64,000 bases of DNA from the NCBI RefSeq assembly GCF_021028975.2, contig NC_059432.1, positions 42,656,001 through 42,720,000 on the forward strand. The letters run 5' to 3'. The DNA is from Sphaerodactylus townsendi (lineage: Eukaryota). The translations under genes were made by a program, and so were the position numbers. A model generated the notes under the pieces. It had not been told where the DNA came from. It saw only the letters and a list, made by a program, of their open reading frames with translations, and ran no database searches. Shown here one piece after another: positions 34,158 to 47,674 of this stretch (position 1 is its first letter; each line of letters opens with the position of its first letter).

Positions 34158-37100
34158 AGGTTACAATTCTAACAGTGCTGTCCTAAGCCCGTTGACTTCA
34201 GTGGACCTGGAAAGTTATCACTGTGGTTAGGATATCTAGATGTGAGTTCAGTAGCACCCTAGAAACTAACAAGATTTTTGGAGTATACGCTTTTGAGCGT
34301 ATTTTTTCTCCAAAATGTCTTTCCAGTGGCAATTTATTTTTAAGGGGTATGGGGCTTTTACAGCTCAATCTGAAGTGTGTGTGTGTGTGTGGGGGGGGGG
34401 ATCAGCACTTATGCTGGTGGAGAAGGCAAATAGAAAGGCGAGTAGGCTCTATAGAGCTCCACGGCACTTGTCCAAGAGGATCCTGCACCTTACAGAGCCA
34501 TGCCAGCTTAAAGCTTTACACCAACACAGTGGGAGGGAGGGCTAGTAGAGTTGTCAGGAGTGGAGCTGACTTGAGTTGATTTCCACTGGGAATGCCCCTG
34601 GCACAGGCCTCGAATTTACACTACCTGAATGGGTAGCCTAAGTCTGTTTGCCCTATGGAAAGCTTGCAGGCATCCAGGGATTTTCTGGCGTGTGCTTGCT
34701 TTCCCATGCTGCCTGGAAGCCCTCTCAGGGTAGCCTGGTAGCACCTGCCCGATGCATCTGGATTGGGCTGTTAAAACTCCTTTGTTCTTCCCTGGAAGTT
34801 TTCTTCACTCTGAAACATCAGCCCAAAGCCGTTTTTACCCATTAAGGGGAAAACATGGATAGCCATGAATTGTCTATAGTGGAGACAAAAAAGGTTCAGG
34901 GACTGTTTTTTGGCAGGGGGGATGGGAATGGCTGAGGAATAAACAGTTATTAGATAAGATAAATAGTTTAATACGGCCAAAGGCCAGCAAAAAACAGTTA
35001 TTAATTTTCTCCATAGATCAGCCCTGGCAACTGTATTTTTAATTTTTTTTAAATGGTCACAGAACCAAGTGTAATTTATATCCCCACGCCCATTAATAGG
35101 TATCAAAGTCAGTTTTGTCAGACTGCTTTTTATTGTTTTGGTTAGGGTCATTCTCTTTAGCAGCAGCTGATATGATGGTGAAGTGAGGGAGGCAAGAGGA
35201 AGGAAGAGGCCAGTGCTGCCAAACAGTAACCACAGGGAACCCAGTGTCTTTACCATCTGGAGCTGTGAGGTAGTGATCGAAGCTGGCTGCCTGACCGCTA
35301 AATGTCTATGAGCATCCAGCAGGGTTGCTAATGTTAGCATCGATAGCTGTTCCTAGCCAATCAGCAGTGAAGCTCCGGCCTAGTGCAGACTCCAGCTGTC
35401 CCTGCCTTCATAGCTGACTTACATTCACTGCTGCCAGTGTCACTTGTAGTGTCATTCTAATGGGAGACTCTCTAAGCCTTAACAACCACTCACATTGAGG
35501 ATTTAGCCCACTATTTTTCATTGTTCAATATACAATGCTATTTAATTTAGGCTAAACCAGGCTGCTCCTTGCTCCCTAGGAACAGATGAGTAATACATCA
35601 TATTCTTATTGGTAGATATAAATCCCCCTGTTGTGTATAGTGTTTTCTTGTCCATGCTCTTATCAATCAAATTAAGGAAGAGGCACATGAGTTCCAAACT
35701 TTCAAAATAGATGTGGTTTTGATATTTGCTATAAGATGCTGGGTTGGTTTTTTTTTACATTTTGTGTTTTATTTTTTTAAAGGATCTTATAATTGTATAT
35801 TATTGCATTCTACTATATTTTAGTAGCTTTGAGGTTGGTGACTACAATATCTAATAAATTACTACTACTAGAAGGGATAATTCTGCTTAGGATGGCACCT
35901 TCTCTTCAATAATGGTGGCATCTCCCCATCTCACTGACTGCTACTGATTACCTTGCAGATTTTCTAGTACATCCTCAGGGTTATCCACTTTGTGTATTAT
36001 TTTGTCAAAATGTGGAAGAACGTTTTGAATATCATCATACTGAAGCCACATAGCAAGTGAACTGATCCATATAACATCCACCTAGTTCCCAGTGGAAATC
36101 ACAAGTCAGCGTAGATGGCACAAGCTACACAAGCAAACATGGAGCAAATTTTTCAAAGCCAAGTATTTTAGCATTCAGTCCACAATTGGATCAAATTAAG
36201 TACATGAAGACAAAACTGTTCCAAAAACAGCTCTACTACTTCCTTATTTTTGTTCTGCTATTGTTGTATTGCAATGAATTTGCATAGTAAATAATAGGGT
36301 AAAGATGTGAGTTGTTTTGTAGAAATTTACTAGATAACAAATGAATTTACACTAAACATAGGAACAGCAAACATTATATCTTTGCAAGTTTTCAGTCTGG
36401 GTGTCTGTGAGGTCTATTTTGCCTGTGTGTCTGCTTCTCCTCTTTTCTGGAAAAAAAAACAGAAAGAGCTTTCCAGAAGCTTATGTGATTCAAGTCATGT
36501 GACTTTAGAAGTTAACTCTTGCTTGACTGAATGAAGCAGGCACTTGTAAAATCCTAACAGTTACAGTACTTTGACTAGTACAGAAGTTTATGGAAACAAC
36601 AGGAAAATATATTTTTTTCTTTCCCTAGACTGAAATGGCTGGCTTGTGTGCATGCACTAAGTAAAATATTACATGGATCATAGTTAAATTGCTGTTAGCT
36701 ACTATGTCAGTGATCCACTCATGTGCAAAGAAGGAAAGAGGAAACCATTCCTGATAACAAATTCAGTTGAGAAAGCCAATAGAAGCTGACCTACTGTTTT
36801 GCAAGAACATTATCTGACCTCTAATAGGATAAAATTATTTAGACATTGTGTTTGTTGCTGGATTCAGGCACATGTAAAAGAAGCACATTGATGTTAGGTG
36901 TGGAGTCCAAGCACAGATGCACATTTTGTTGCTTGCAGCGATTGTAAACACCAGCCATTTCCCAATGAAGCCAGTCAAAATTATGCAATAGACTTCAATG
37001 GGAACAGCTTCGGGGGATATTAATTGTACACAAATGACACTTCCCTAAACATATAGCCTGAAAAATGATTCAGCTGGCAGAGCAGCATTATCACCAGCGA

Positions 37101-38721
37101 CAATAGAAATCTGTGGGTGTGGAAAATTGACAAATGCAAAGGATTTAGAGGGTCCCTGCAGATTTTTTATGCAATTCACTATTTTCTCCAGATTCTAATA
37201 ATTCATGTTGTTTTTAAATGAAATGTCTAGGCCTTGTGGTTGCAAAACCAGCCTCATACACTTTTAAAATATAAACGAGCATGCAGTTATTTTATTTTTG
37301 GCCTAGTGTGCATTAAGAAATTGTCATATTTCTGATTGGTCTGTTGCAGGTCTGGCTGAGTAGTGAACCAAGAAAGAAGCCCTTTCTGTACAGAACAAAT
37401 AAAATGTCTTGAAAACATTAAAAGAAGCACAGGTTTTCTCCAACAATTGACATTTTATTTCTGTTCAACCTAGGTTTTTTAGAAACCGCTAAATCTTTTT
37501 TTTCCTCAAGAAGGGATCAAGATGTTTCCTGCTTGTTGTGCAGAGAGCAGGAAATGTCTTATTTTTACCGCCCAATTTCAAAGCTCTTCTACTTTAATTT
37601 TCTCTGCAGCTCGCACCCACCATTTTCTCCTGCTTGTGATTCCTTTTTTTGTTTTCTGAGAAATCTTTAAAGCTACAAGATCACAATATGAGAATTTGTA
37701 ATATATGCATATTTTGAGTCGTCATAGCTTTGGAGTCCTTCAAAACAAAAAGGAAAAAATAACCCGTGTGCAGAATTGTCAGTTCAAACTAACTTCTTTC
37801 ATTCACTTTATACAGTGAAATTGTGCATGGAGAGCGGCAAGCGGAGGAAACCTCCATCTCAAACCTTCAGCAAAGGGCAGGCAGGACAGAGAATCACAAG
37901 TGGGAGAAAATTTCAGGCACAAGTGAGATCTAGTGAGGGGGAGGAGGGGAAAAGAACTGCTTTCCCTGGAAATGCTTTTTTGTCTGCACTATGTGGACAA
38001 AAAAAAGCCATAATGGTTCTTTTTAAAACATCTGCAAGACATTTTATTTGTGCTGTGCAGAAAGGACCAGGGTCAGATCTGGTACAAATTAAAACACTGC
38101 TGTAGTCTAGCTAGAAGGAAATTGGATGACACAAATCCAAGTTGTTTCTGATTGATAAAGGATTGTGTGTTGAGCCTTTTCATATGGTAACCTGTTACAG
38201 CAGGCAAATAGGCGAACTTGCAGCTTGAAATTCAGGAAGGATTATCCGTCCGCCCGTCCGTCCGTCCGTCCGTCTATCTGGTGCATTTTTATTTCACCTT
38301 CTTATTTTACCTATTCAGAGCAATGTACATGTTTCCCCCATCCCCATTTATCTTCACAACAAAGTTGTGAAGTAGGTCAAGCTAAGAGAGAGGGAATGGT
38401 GCAAGGTTACCCAGCATTAAGCTTTTATGGCCAGGTGGCAACTTGAACCTGGATCTGACATTCTAAACATAATGCCACATTGGCTCACTTTAATAGATGC
38501 AGAGCTGGACAATCTGCATAGACTGGTGAAAAATGGGTGGGGGGCTAGGACACCATTTGACCATTGTTCTCTAAGGTTAGAGGTTCTTTGAGTTCCTAAC
38601 CTGATCACTATATAGTTTAATGGGAACTGTTTCTTACCAAGGGATTGGTGTAGCATAGCTGCTAAGTAGAGTTGCCGCATACTGCACCCCTCGTCCCCGG
38701 CCACCAGTGGAGGATGAAGGG

Positions 38722-38920
38722 TAGGGTTGCAAAGTACAGGTTAAGAAACTCCTGGAGATTTGGGGATGGAGCCTGAGAAAGACAGAACCTCAGTGGGGTA
38801 TGTCATAGACTCTGCTCTCCAAAGCATCAATTTTCATCAGGATAATTAATCTTTGCAGTCTGAAGATGAGGGGTAATTTAAGGATCCTCAAGTGTCCTCT
38901 GGAGGCTGCATCCCTCCTAC
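38722..38920 (+). mobile_element. hAT (TAGGGTTGC-terminus) non-autonomous fragment
   Basis: Begins TAGGGTTGCAAA. Homologous to 43360-43558 and 16810-16957. Confidence 0.6.
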
Positions 38921-39379
38921 TAAGGATAGAACTGTGATTTGGGAGATTGCTAACTCAGATCTCAGCTATGGATGAGACATTTTTACTGATTCACCCCCAG
39001 CAATATGGATATAATGGTTACCTAACTTATTCAGCTGTTTAAAGAGCTGTTACTGAGGTGACATATTGGAAGTACTTTGAAAACTGAAAATATGATGCAA
39101 ATGTTGAGTACTGTTATTTGACAAGCTCTGAGGGTGGGCCAGAGTCCCGGTCTGTTTCCCACCCACCCAATTGCATAACATTACCTCATAATTCATTATG
39201 TCCAACATTTCACAGATAAAAAAGAAGACCCAACTAGTACTTCTACATACTTGAAAGAGATCCATTTTCTGGCTGGGTAGTGTTGCTGGAATATTTGCAT
39301 GCATTTACTGTACAACTACCCATCCTGAACATATTTAGAACATATTTTGTTGTTGTTGTTGTTGTTAAAGATCTACCAG

Positions 39380-39865
39380 CAGAGGCGTTCCCAGAAGAAA
39401 ATGGCGCCCAGGGCAACATCTGCTGAAGCGCCCCGCACCCCACTTATGGAAGCCAGCGCATCTCCCTCGGGCTCCAATTGCTAACCCTGTTCTGCACCCT
39501 TTCGAGCCTGGTGGAGGGAAGGAAGGTCAGCCTTGGATCCAGCTTGAACCCTTTGCCATTGGTGGGCTGGGCTATGGGGGGATGGTGGGAGGGAGAGGGC
39601 TGCTCGTTCAACTGGCGGAGGTGGATGGCGGTGGTCCTGTGCAGCTCGGGAGGGCGGGGCCAAGGGACACTCAGCAGGCCTGTGGCAGGCTCCTGGCCTG
39701 GCCAGGCTGCTCCTTCAGCTGGCAGAGGAGAAAGGTGGCAGTCTCGGCTGGTGGCGGCAGAAGCACCAGGTGGGGGCACCTCTCCATGGGTGGGGTATAG
39801 AGGGTAATTTTGCACCCCATGGGATCTAATAGGTGGCACCTGAGGACATGTCACCCCCAGATCCT
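39380..39865. mobile_element. Partial non-autonomous hAT element
   Basis: Begins CAGAGGCGTT...AAAATGGCGCCCAGGGCAA, similar to the termini at 2624 and 59528. GC-rich body, other end missing. Confidence 0.55.
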
Positions 39866-42439
39866 TTACTGTAAGGCTTTCAGGGCCAGATTTGGGGGCA
39901 AAATTTGGGGGTCTGACTCATGGGCTCAGTCAAGAGCCCCCAAAGTGGGATGTAGCTTTTTTCTTTGAACTATAAATTATCATTAAAGGGGTACTTCCAT
40001 AAAATCAGAATTAAAAAGGACCTCACTACACCACAAAAGCCTTGTTAGCACACTGGGCTAATACCTATAAACTTCTGGCAACCTGTCCTCTCTGCCAATG
40101 TTAGTACATTTTGCATTTTTCCAAAAGTGCCATTCGTTTTCTGCTTTTCTTTTTCTTTTTCTTTATTTCTTTACAAAAGTATGTTAGATAGGTATGGTTA
40201 CAACTGTTTGCCATTAAGTGGTTTTTATTAATATTCTGTACCAGCAAGCCACATGAGTGTTAAAATAGGGGAAGAAAATTGCAACAGTTGAATAATATTA
40301 TTATAGGAGGGTTCGACAAGCAGAGAAAACTGTGATTGAGCATGCAAATCATTTTGCTTTTCCTTCTCTCTGTTCAACAATACATACGCTGCTGGCTGCA
40401 TTTCCCCAAAGGTGCCAGTACAGCTACACTTGGTTGAAGTCTGTGCTACCTTTCAATTAGGTGCTGCGACAAATGATTTAGGTGAAAATAACCTCTAATC
40501 AGCATCACTTCATACCACACAGCAATCGAATTATTGTCAATCTCATCCTATCTCCTTGACACACAAAAAAACTCTGAAGTGTTTCTTCCAGTTGAAGTTT
40601 TGTAGCTGAATAATAAATAAAAGAGGGTGCTGTACAATCATGGCATAATGTGATTGTATCTTCTTTGTTCTTGTCAATCAGTCTTAACAAAAGTTAGAAA
40701 GTCCTGGGTGTCATGATGAGACTCTTCAGAGTAGATGGCTTGGAGTTTTCAATACAATCACTCAGAGTGTAAAAGTTCCTTTTTTTAGCAGGGAAATTTA
40801 GAGAAGGGTTTCAGGAGCTTGATAAAACTTTGACTTGCCTGCTACTTGAAAAGCACAATAATACATGCATGAATTGCCAATAAATCAAAGACCTGCACTT
40901 TAAAAATTCCTATTTTGATATGAACACACATAGCACTTTTTAAAATATAGCTCCAAGGTAGGTTTTCTGTCCTTGTTCAGAATTTAATTAATTCCAAGTA
41001 GAGATGTCATATATTTTAAACTCTTTTGAATTACATTTTGAAAGGAAAGATCTAACCATTCATGAGTTTTTAATTTTGTTTCTTGAAAAGTTTTACCTCC
41101 CCCCTGCAAAAAGTATGCTCTGATAGCAAATTTTCCTCCTCTTATTAGAACATTTCTAATTGTGAAGGTTCCAAATGTTTTGCTGTTGTTTTAAAATTCA
41201 GGAAACAGAAAGTAAAGCTGTATTTAAAAGCACTGTTCCTGCTTCAAAAGGCCACAAGTGCATGTGTTTAATTTCTCTTTAAGGAGACAGCTGCACAGCC
41301 TCTCTGTAATGGAAGGCTTGAGACAAAATGGTCCCCCACCACCTTACCACCACGTAATGCAATTTAGCTCAATTAAATTACTGGAGGGCCAGTTACTTAA
41401 GATGAATATTGATTTTCAGTCTGGGCCATGTTTAACATAATTCTGCAGAGGCAAGGACTAATTCTGCACTTGGGTCTCACACCCAAATGGAATTACAAGG
41501 CAACAACTGACCAAAGGCAAACTGCTTGTAACAAGGGCAGCTGATCAGTGCCATGCAGCCTTTTAACTCTTTCCTTAGCAGACCATATCTCTGCATGCTT
41601 CAAAGCCCATCACTGACAAATCTCTTGTTTCTTCAGTGAAGCTGCTGTCTTTTGTCTGGGGATGTGTAGCCTGGAGCTAGGTTTTGGTACTGTAAAGTAT
41701 CTGCATCCCTGTTATATTTTCTTGAAGCAGCCGACATCTCCCTGTCTAAACAGCAACAGATGCCGTCATAAGAAGTCTTAAAAATGGGAATTTATTACTC
41801 TCCTTAATGCCTGGAAATTGCAAATTATCCTGTGACACTAACAAAAATTAATAGAGCTCACTACATTTTAAGCAAAATAAATACATAGCAGAGAAGTATC
41901 TACCCACTGGTGGATTGGAAGAACATGTGCTGTTATTTGAGGCAGCGCTGAAATGTGCAGCATACAGGGATATTAATAAAAAAAAGAGACAGCACTGCAT
42001 TAGGCCAAAGATTTTTTGGTAGAAAAGAGCAAGATAAAATTATAGAACTGGGTCATTCTAATGTCAGTTCTTTAATGAGTTATTTTTTCCAGTAATCTGA
42101 ATTCTGTCTCTTTTGAATAAAATGTATAGAATAAGAACAAAATCAACCCCCTTCTTACCGAAATGCAAACATTTCTTGTAGTGATACATAGCTCTGTTTC
42201 TTTAGGTCATAATTACACAACTTAAATGAAAGTGTCCATCATCTTGTGTGGACAAAGTGAATTCACTATCGGATTTTTTGAACTGACACAAGTATCACTG
42301 ATTTGAGAATCTTTAGAAGCAGCTCTCTTGCAATCTGTAGAGAAAGCATAACTGCTGGAGAAGCAAATTAAGGCAGCTCCCCCCCCCCCCGCTCCGCCCT
42401 GCCTTACCCAAAAGCTTCCATCCATTTTCATTTAGGCTG

Positions 42440-42815
42440 GAAGGTGGCTACCTACATTAATTTGGCCAATCTGAGCATGTGGATTCGTGCCATGGTGCCC
42501 TTGAGCTAGACTACTATAATGCACCCTGCATGGGTCTCTCCTTAAAATTAACTTGGAAAATCCAGTATGTACTAGAAAATCCAGCATCCACTGTAGCTTG
42601 ATTATCATTGGGATATAGATGGGGTATGCACAGTGGTGGGATTCAGCAGATTCGCACCACTTCAGCAGAACCAGTTGTTAAAATGGTGCTTGTAAAAAAA
42701 CCAGTTGTTAAATTATTTCAATCCCACCACTGGCGCATGCATATTACACTTATTCTACAGTTCTTTCATTGATTGTTGATTGGTTACTGGGTTAAGTTTA
42801 ATGTTCTGGTTATAT
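42440..42815 (+). mobile_element. L2 LINE ORF2 3' fragment
   Basis: Decayed LDYYNAPCMGLSLKLTWKIQYV... then HITLILQFFH, resembling L2 RLDYCN..L.GLP...LQLVQN...HITP.L..LHWL. Confidence 0.65.
42631..42732. mobile_element. Small hAT-like MITE (102 bp) inside the L2 fragment
   Basis: TIRs CAGTGGTGGGATT / AATCCCACCACTG, with a degenerate TSD (..TATGCA / ..CATGCA). Confidence 0.75.
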
Positions 42816-42866
42816 TGCTTTTGTGGGGGAGACGATCCTGTGGATATGAAGATCCCAGATCATATC

Positions 42867-43066
42867 CTATGGATATGAAGGTCCCAGACCATCTAGAGCT
42901 TTAAAGATTAATACCAGAAACTTGAACTCGATTTGGTATTCCAGCTGGAGCTGGTGGAGCACTGGTTGGATATGTGCCCTTTTCAGTGTTCTGGTAAGGA
43001 CCTGTGCAACCGCATTCTGGACCAGCTGAAGTTTCCAAAGCAATCCCAAGGATAGCTCTTCACATT
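42867..43066 (-). mobile_element. L2 LINE ORF2 3' fragment
   Basis: KLQLVQNAVAQVLTRTLKRAHIQPVLHQL...QIEFKFLVLIFKALDGLGPSY is the characteristic L2 ORF2 C-terminus. Confidence 0.85.
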
Positions 43067-43359
43067 GATTTTTCTGTACCAACACAAACACACACACTCC
43101 ACTATCACCACCATCATTTATGCTAGTACTATAGCCTGTGGATAAAGGTCTAGATTAGGGCTGAACCAAAATTACTCACTTTAGTGGCAGCTGAAAAGTA
43201 TACCTCTCACAACAAGTTTCGCCATGCCTGAAAACAAGCTTGCCTGTCCTTCCACCGCATAACCATGGGTAGGTAGGGCTACAATAAAGGTTTTTGAAAA
43301 CACTGAAACATCTCAGATCTAATTTAAAGTAAAATTAATTTTGGATAATCCCTCCCTGA

Positions 43360-43558
43360 GGATGAGGTAGGATTGAGAAATCCTTGGCAATTTGGAGGTA
43401 GATCCTGAGAAGATAGGATTTGGGGAGGGGAGAGATCCCAGTAGATTATAATGCCATGAAGTCCACCCTCCATTTTCTCAAGGGAAACAGATATCTGTGG
43501 TCTAGATATCGTAATTCCAGGAGATATCCAGACCCCACCTGGAGGCTGGCAACCCTAA
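43360..43558 (-). mobile_element. hAT (TAGGGTTGCCA-terminus) non-autonomous element
   Basis: Ends CTGGAGGCTGGCAACCCTA. Same family as 32566-32755. Confidence 0.65.
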
Positions 43559-44569
43559 GGTAAAAAGAGCCAGAAACAGTTGGACGGAGTTTTAAGTCAG
43601 GGCTGGTAAGGACAAGGAGCCACAGTTGGTGGCAGGTGGGGAGGAGTTTTCCCTTCTCCATTAAACCATTGCCATTCTTCCCTTGTAGTACTCTACAGTT
43701 CAATAACCATGAAGAGATGGATTTGGAAGCAAGGTGAACTGGATTCAAATCCCATCTCTTTCCAGTCCAGATTTTGTGCATGTTTCCCTTTCTGTAAAAT
43801 AGAAGCAATAAGATGTAACTGTAGATTTGTTGTAAGCATCAAAGAAGTAGGACTGAAACTATTTTGCAGAGTAGAAGCAGCAATATAAATTATTAATACA
43901 AATAATATCCTAATTTAGTGTCAGGAGTTTTAGTAGTAGCCTCTTTCTATTAAATAGATGTTTATTAATAAAGTGGAAACCAAAGAGTTCAATAAGAAAG
44001 AGAGTTTCTGCCTACAGATTTATAGGTTTCCTGGATCTTTTCCTAGAGTCTTAATTCACCTTTTAGATAGGGAACAAATTCAGGCACTAAAACTGCAGTC
44101 ATATAAATCTCTGATAGTCCCCAGCTGCTAAGAACATGCAAAGTGAATATGCTCTGTGGCAGTGAAGGAAGGTTAAATTTGTAGGAGAAGGTGGAGGGGA
44201 ATTATAATCCAAAGGAGAAAGTCACTCTGGCCTTATTTGCGCAGGTAAGTAAACTAAGCAGGATTTTGAAGTGCATTGGAGAAATGTATGATGATATTAT
44301 ATTGGGCAGCTTTTCAGATAAAATAAACTTCCTTTGGAAAAACAAAGGTCAGTACTTAAATAAGATCTACAGGAGTACATTGAAATTTTCAGCAAGGAAA
44401 AAAGAATCATAAGAATGCACAGTCATGCTTTAAACTAAATGTGTATGTGTGTGTGATTAATTTATTAAGCTGCACAGTACTGCAGCTTAATTTTTCACTA
44501 TTTTTCAGATTTTGGTTTATTGGACCCACAAATGTTTAGAAAAGCTGGATCTACAATGAAAAACAACTT

Positions 44570-44995
44570 TTTAAAGCCCCCCTCCATTCCCCATAGATTT
44601 TAGTACTCCAGTCTCACAATCAAACATCTCAAAGTTCCCACCATTGTCTTCAGTGGCAGGCAGTGGTTGGGTTACTGTTTTGCTCCAATTGTGTTCAATG
44701 GGAGATCTATGGGGGGTTAGGTAGAGGTTTTTCAAGGTAGAGGAACCAAATTCGGAACATCCAATTCTATAGCCACCCAGTTTTCCTCTATTTGGGTGCT
44801 CACAGAATTGTACTCTCTGACCCAAATTTCATCAAGCCTTTGAGGTTCTTCTGAAAAGAGTCACAAGCAGTTATGCTGCAAATTTTAAGCCTCTACCTTG
44901 AAAAACAGCCCCCCAGAGCCCCACAATGATCTCCCACTGAATGCAATTATAACAAAACCATAATCTAGGTCCCCCATTGTTTCCAATGGAAGAAA
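44570..44995. mobile_element. Degenerate internal segment of a non-autonomous DNA transposon
   Basis: Shares motifs (CCCCATTG..TCCA.TGG, AGGTAGAGG.ACCAAATT) with the interior of 58802-59732. Confidence 0.45.
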
Positions 44996-45499
44996 AAATA
45001 GACTTTTTTCTCTCCAGGGGAACAGCAAAGAGCAACCACTGGTCAATGCCTCCAACCCCAACACAATCCCAACAGGACTATACTAGAATCCAATCCAGTG
45101 GAACCCAGTGGTGGAGCTATAAGGGGACAGGGATGTGTGCCGTGCACCAGACATATGCCTGTGGGGGCAGGGGGCAACCCCACCCCCACCCCACCTCTTC
45201 CCCTCTCACCCCCAGAGGAGAGGATAGGGCCAACCTGGGAACTTCTGTATGCCACTATCACTAAGCCACAGACCCTCCCCGAGTAACTGAATATATCTAT
45301 TTCCTGAAACATTCAAACTTCCTCAATTTTCTATCCATGTATACATGATTTTCCAGACTATGGAATTAAAATTGTTTTTAAAGGTTTTGCTATTAAAACT
45401 TTCCCTTCACTTCCATGATGCTGCAGATTGATCGGTTCTCACCACTCTCCCACCAACACACTGAAAAGCACCATCCTGTGCATGATACATGGGGTAATG

Positions 45500-45715
45500 T
45501 CACAGCATGGTATTGACTAGGTTATTTGACAATGGTGGTTTGCCATTGCCTTTCCAATCATCTACACTTCATCCCCAGCAAGCTGGGTACTCATTTTACC
45601 ACCCTTGGAAGAATGGAAGCCTGAGTCAACCTTGAGCTGGTTCAAAATTGGGATCAAGCTCAGGTCTTGAGCAGTACTTTGGCTGAAATACTGCAGCATA
45701 TCACTCTGCACCCTG
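45500..45715 (-). mobile_element. Sauria-type SINE (tRNA head, RTE-like tail)
   Basis: CAAGCTGGGTACTCATTTTACC...GGAAG.ATGGAAG.CTGAGTCAACCTTGAGC core, with GGCAATGGCAAACCAC tail on the minus strand. Confidence 0.75.
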
Positions 45716-47149
45716 GGGTTTCTAAAGGCCCTCATGCACATCATCAATAGTGGCTGCTTCTCTCCATCTTGACGGCTAAAACCAACATTGCTTTCATTAG
45801 CCTTAATAATCTGCACTTATTTGTTCAGAAAAGAGAACAGCAGATAACATGGTAACCACATAAGGGTGTCCATTGTCTTGGTACATTTGTCATGGTACAT
45901 CTCAGATTCTTTCACAAAATTTGTGGGTTCGGACTGGAACCTCTCATGAGCCTGGGGGCGGGGAGATGAGTCTCTTCAAGTGATGAGTCTCTCTCGAAGG
46001 CATCTTCAAGACATTAGCTACTTTATTGGAATATGCCATGAAGCCACCATTGTATTAATGGGAACCTGGCTTTCTTTCCTTGACCGTACCTTCTATGTAT
46101 GCTGTGTTCTCCAACTACAATACTACCTCTGGCTCCAGTTCAACATTACTGTTGCAGCAATTGACCTGAGGGACCCTAGTTTGGAGAACACACGGTCTTG
46201 GAATTCAGTTATGGCCACCCACTGCCCTTGTCTGGGCATGATAGATTTTAATACATGCTCCAAGTAATGATTTTAATGAGATGCAAATTCACAAAATATG
46301 AGAAGGATAATGCCATGGTGTGAATGACAAAAACAAAACAAAACCCGACAGCACTGTTCACACCAGCTGCCTGTGAATTTCCCTTGCACACATTCTTTCC
46401 ATTTTTCTTCTGCTCCATTAAAATAAAAGTGTTGTGTGCTATGATTTGAAAAACGAGTAAGCTCACACTGTGAAGAAAAATATGCAATATGCAAAACTGA
46501 TTTGTCATTGAGTCAATAACTGGCATCAGGTGCATTACTTAGCTTACCATCAAGGATTTGGCATGCCACATGATTAATAACTATGTACGTTCTCATAACA
46601 TAATTTATTCCCTATCACATTTGCACACATGGGCCACAGCCTTTTGTTACTTACTACATGCCTGATATCTTTGTTTTCCACATATACTGGAAAAGAATGC
46701 ACAAGTGCCTCGTTTCAGCTCTCCAAAGTCATAATTCTGTCCTTAAAATATTAGGGATGATCATAGGAACCCTGTAGATTTCATGAAGGTGGAAGATATA
46801 TGAGAAGCTCAGAGAGCCCATAAGCATGTGGAAGTTTGGAATGATCAAGTTACACTCTCCCTTTCTTCAGACTAATGGCTGTTTCCCATTTTATTGTCAC
46901 AGTGTATATTCTTACTAGTCAAATTATTTCCCCCACCCCAAAAAGTGAAATCTAGTTTCTTACAATCTATATTTTAAGGCCGCCAAAAAACAGTTTTCAA
47001 TGACATTGCTAATCATTTGATACAGTACCTTAGGAAGGAAAAGTTGTAGAATTTTAGTTACTGAAATTAATTACATGTGGGAACAAAGATCTTCATAATA
47101 TAACAGCAATGCACTGCAAGCTCTGTTTCCGTATTGCTGCTGCCTCTCT

Positions 47150-47240
47150 AGCATACCAGTTAGATTTGAGTCCAGTAGCACTGTAGAGACCAAGACATTT
47201 TTTGAAGTATGAGCTTTCAAGAGTCAAAGCTCCTTTTAGC
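47150..47240 (-). mobile_element. Short terminal fragment of a second repeat family, probably Penelope-like (also at 34235-34300)
   Basis: Two copies of TAGAT.TGAGT.CAGTAGCAC..TAGA.AC.AA..AGATTTT...GTAT..GCTTT. Confidence 0.45.
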
Positions 47241-47674
47241 TACCCTCTGAAACTAGAGGGTACCAGGAAATCAGATCCTCATATGTCAAAGTCCTCCCTT
47301 CCTGCGAGTGCTGTCTCTTCTATTTCAGCTAGAAAACAAAGCATGGAACAGAGGGATGGAAACATCATTTTTATGCCCCATGCACCCATCAGCAAGGTAC
47401 TTTTTTCTCAGATAGAGGAGGCAGCAGTGGCAGGTAAGCAAGCAAGCAGTCACGTGAGAAAGGTCCAGATTACCCTTCAGTTCATTGGTACGCTAAAGAC
47501 AAATGTTGGCAAAAAAAAGTGTCATGGAAACTCTATTTATATGTTAGGTGCGTTTTCTTCACACTAAGCGTGTTTTCAATATGCGGAGATTAAGTAAAAT
47601 AATTAAAATAAAAGTTCTAGTAATAAGTTGCCTCAACAACTAGACAAGAACAAAATAATTTGCATGTTAATAAC

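Noticed and set aside
35266-35287. TGAGGTAGT resembles the let-7 5' end
   Set aside because: Only 9 nt match. The rest of the mature sequence and a complementary arm are absent.
34771-35340. 189-aa minus-strand ORF as a single-exon gene
   Set aside because: No recognisable domain, and the 3' half runs through a DNA-transposon fragment.
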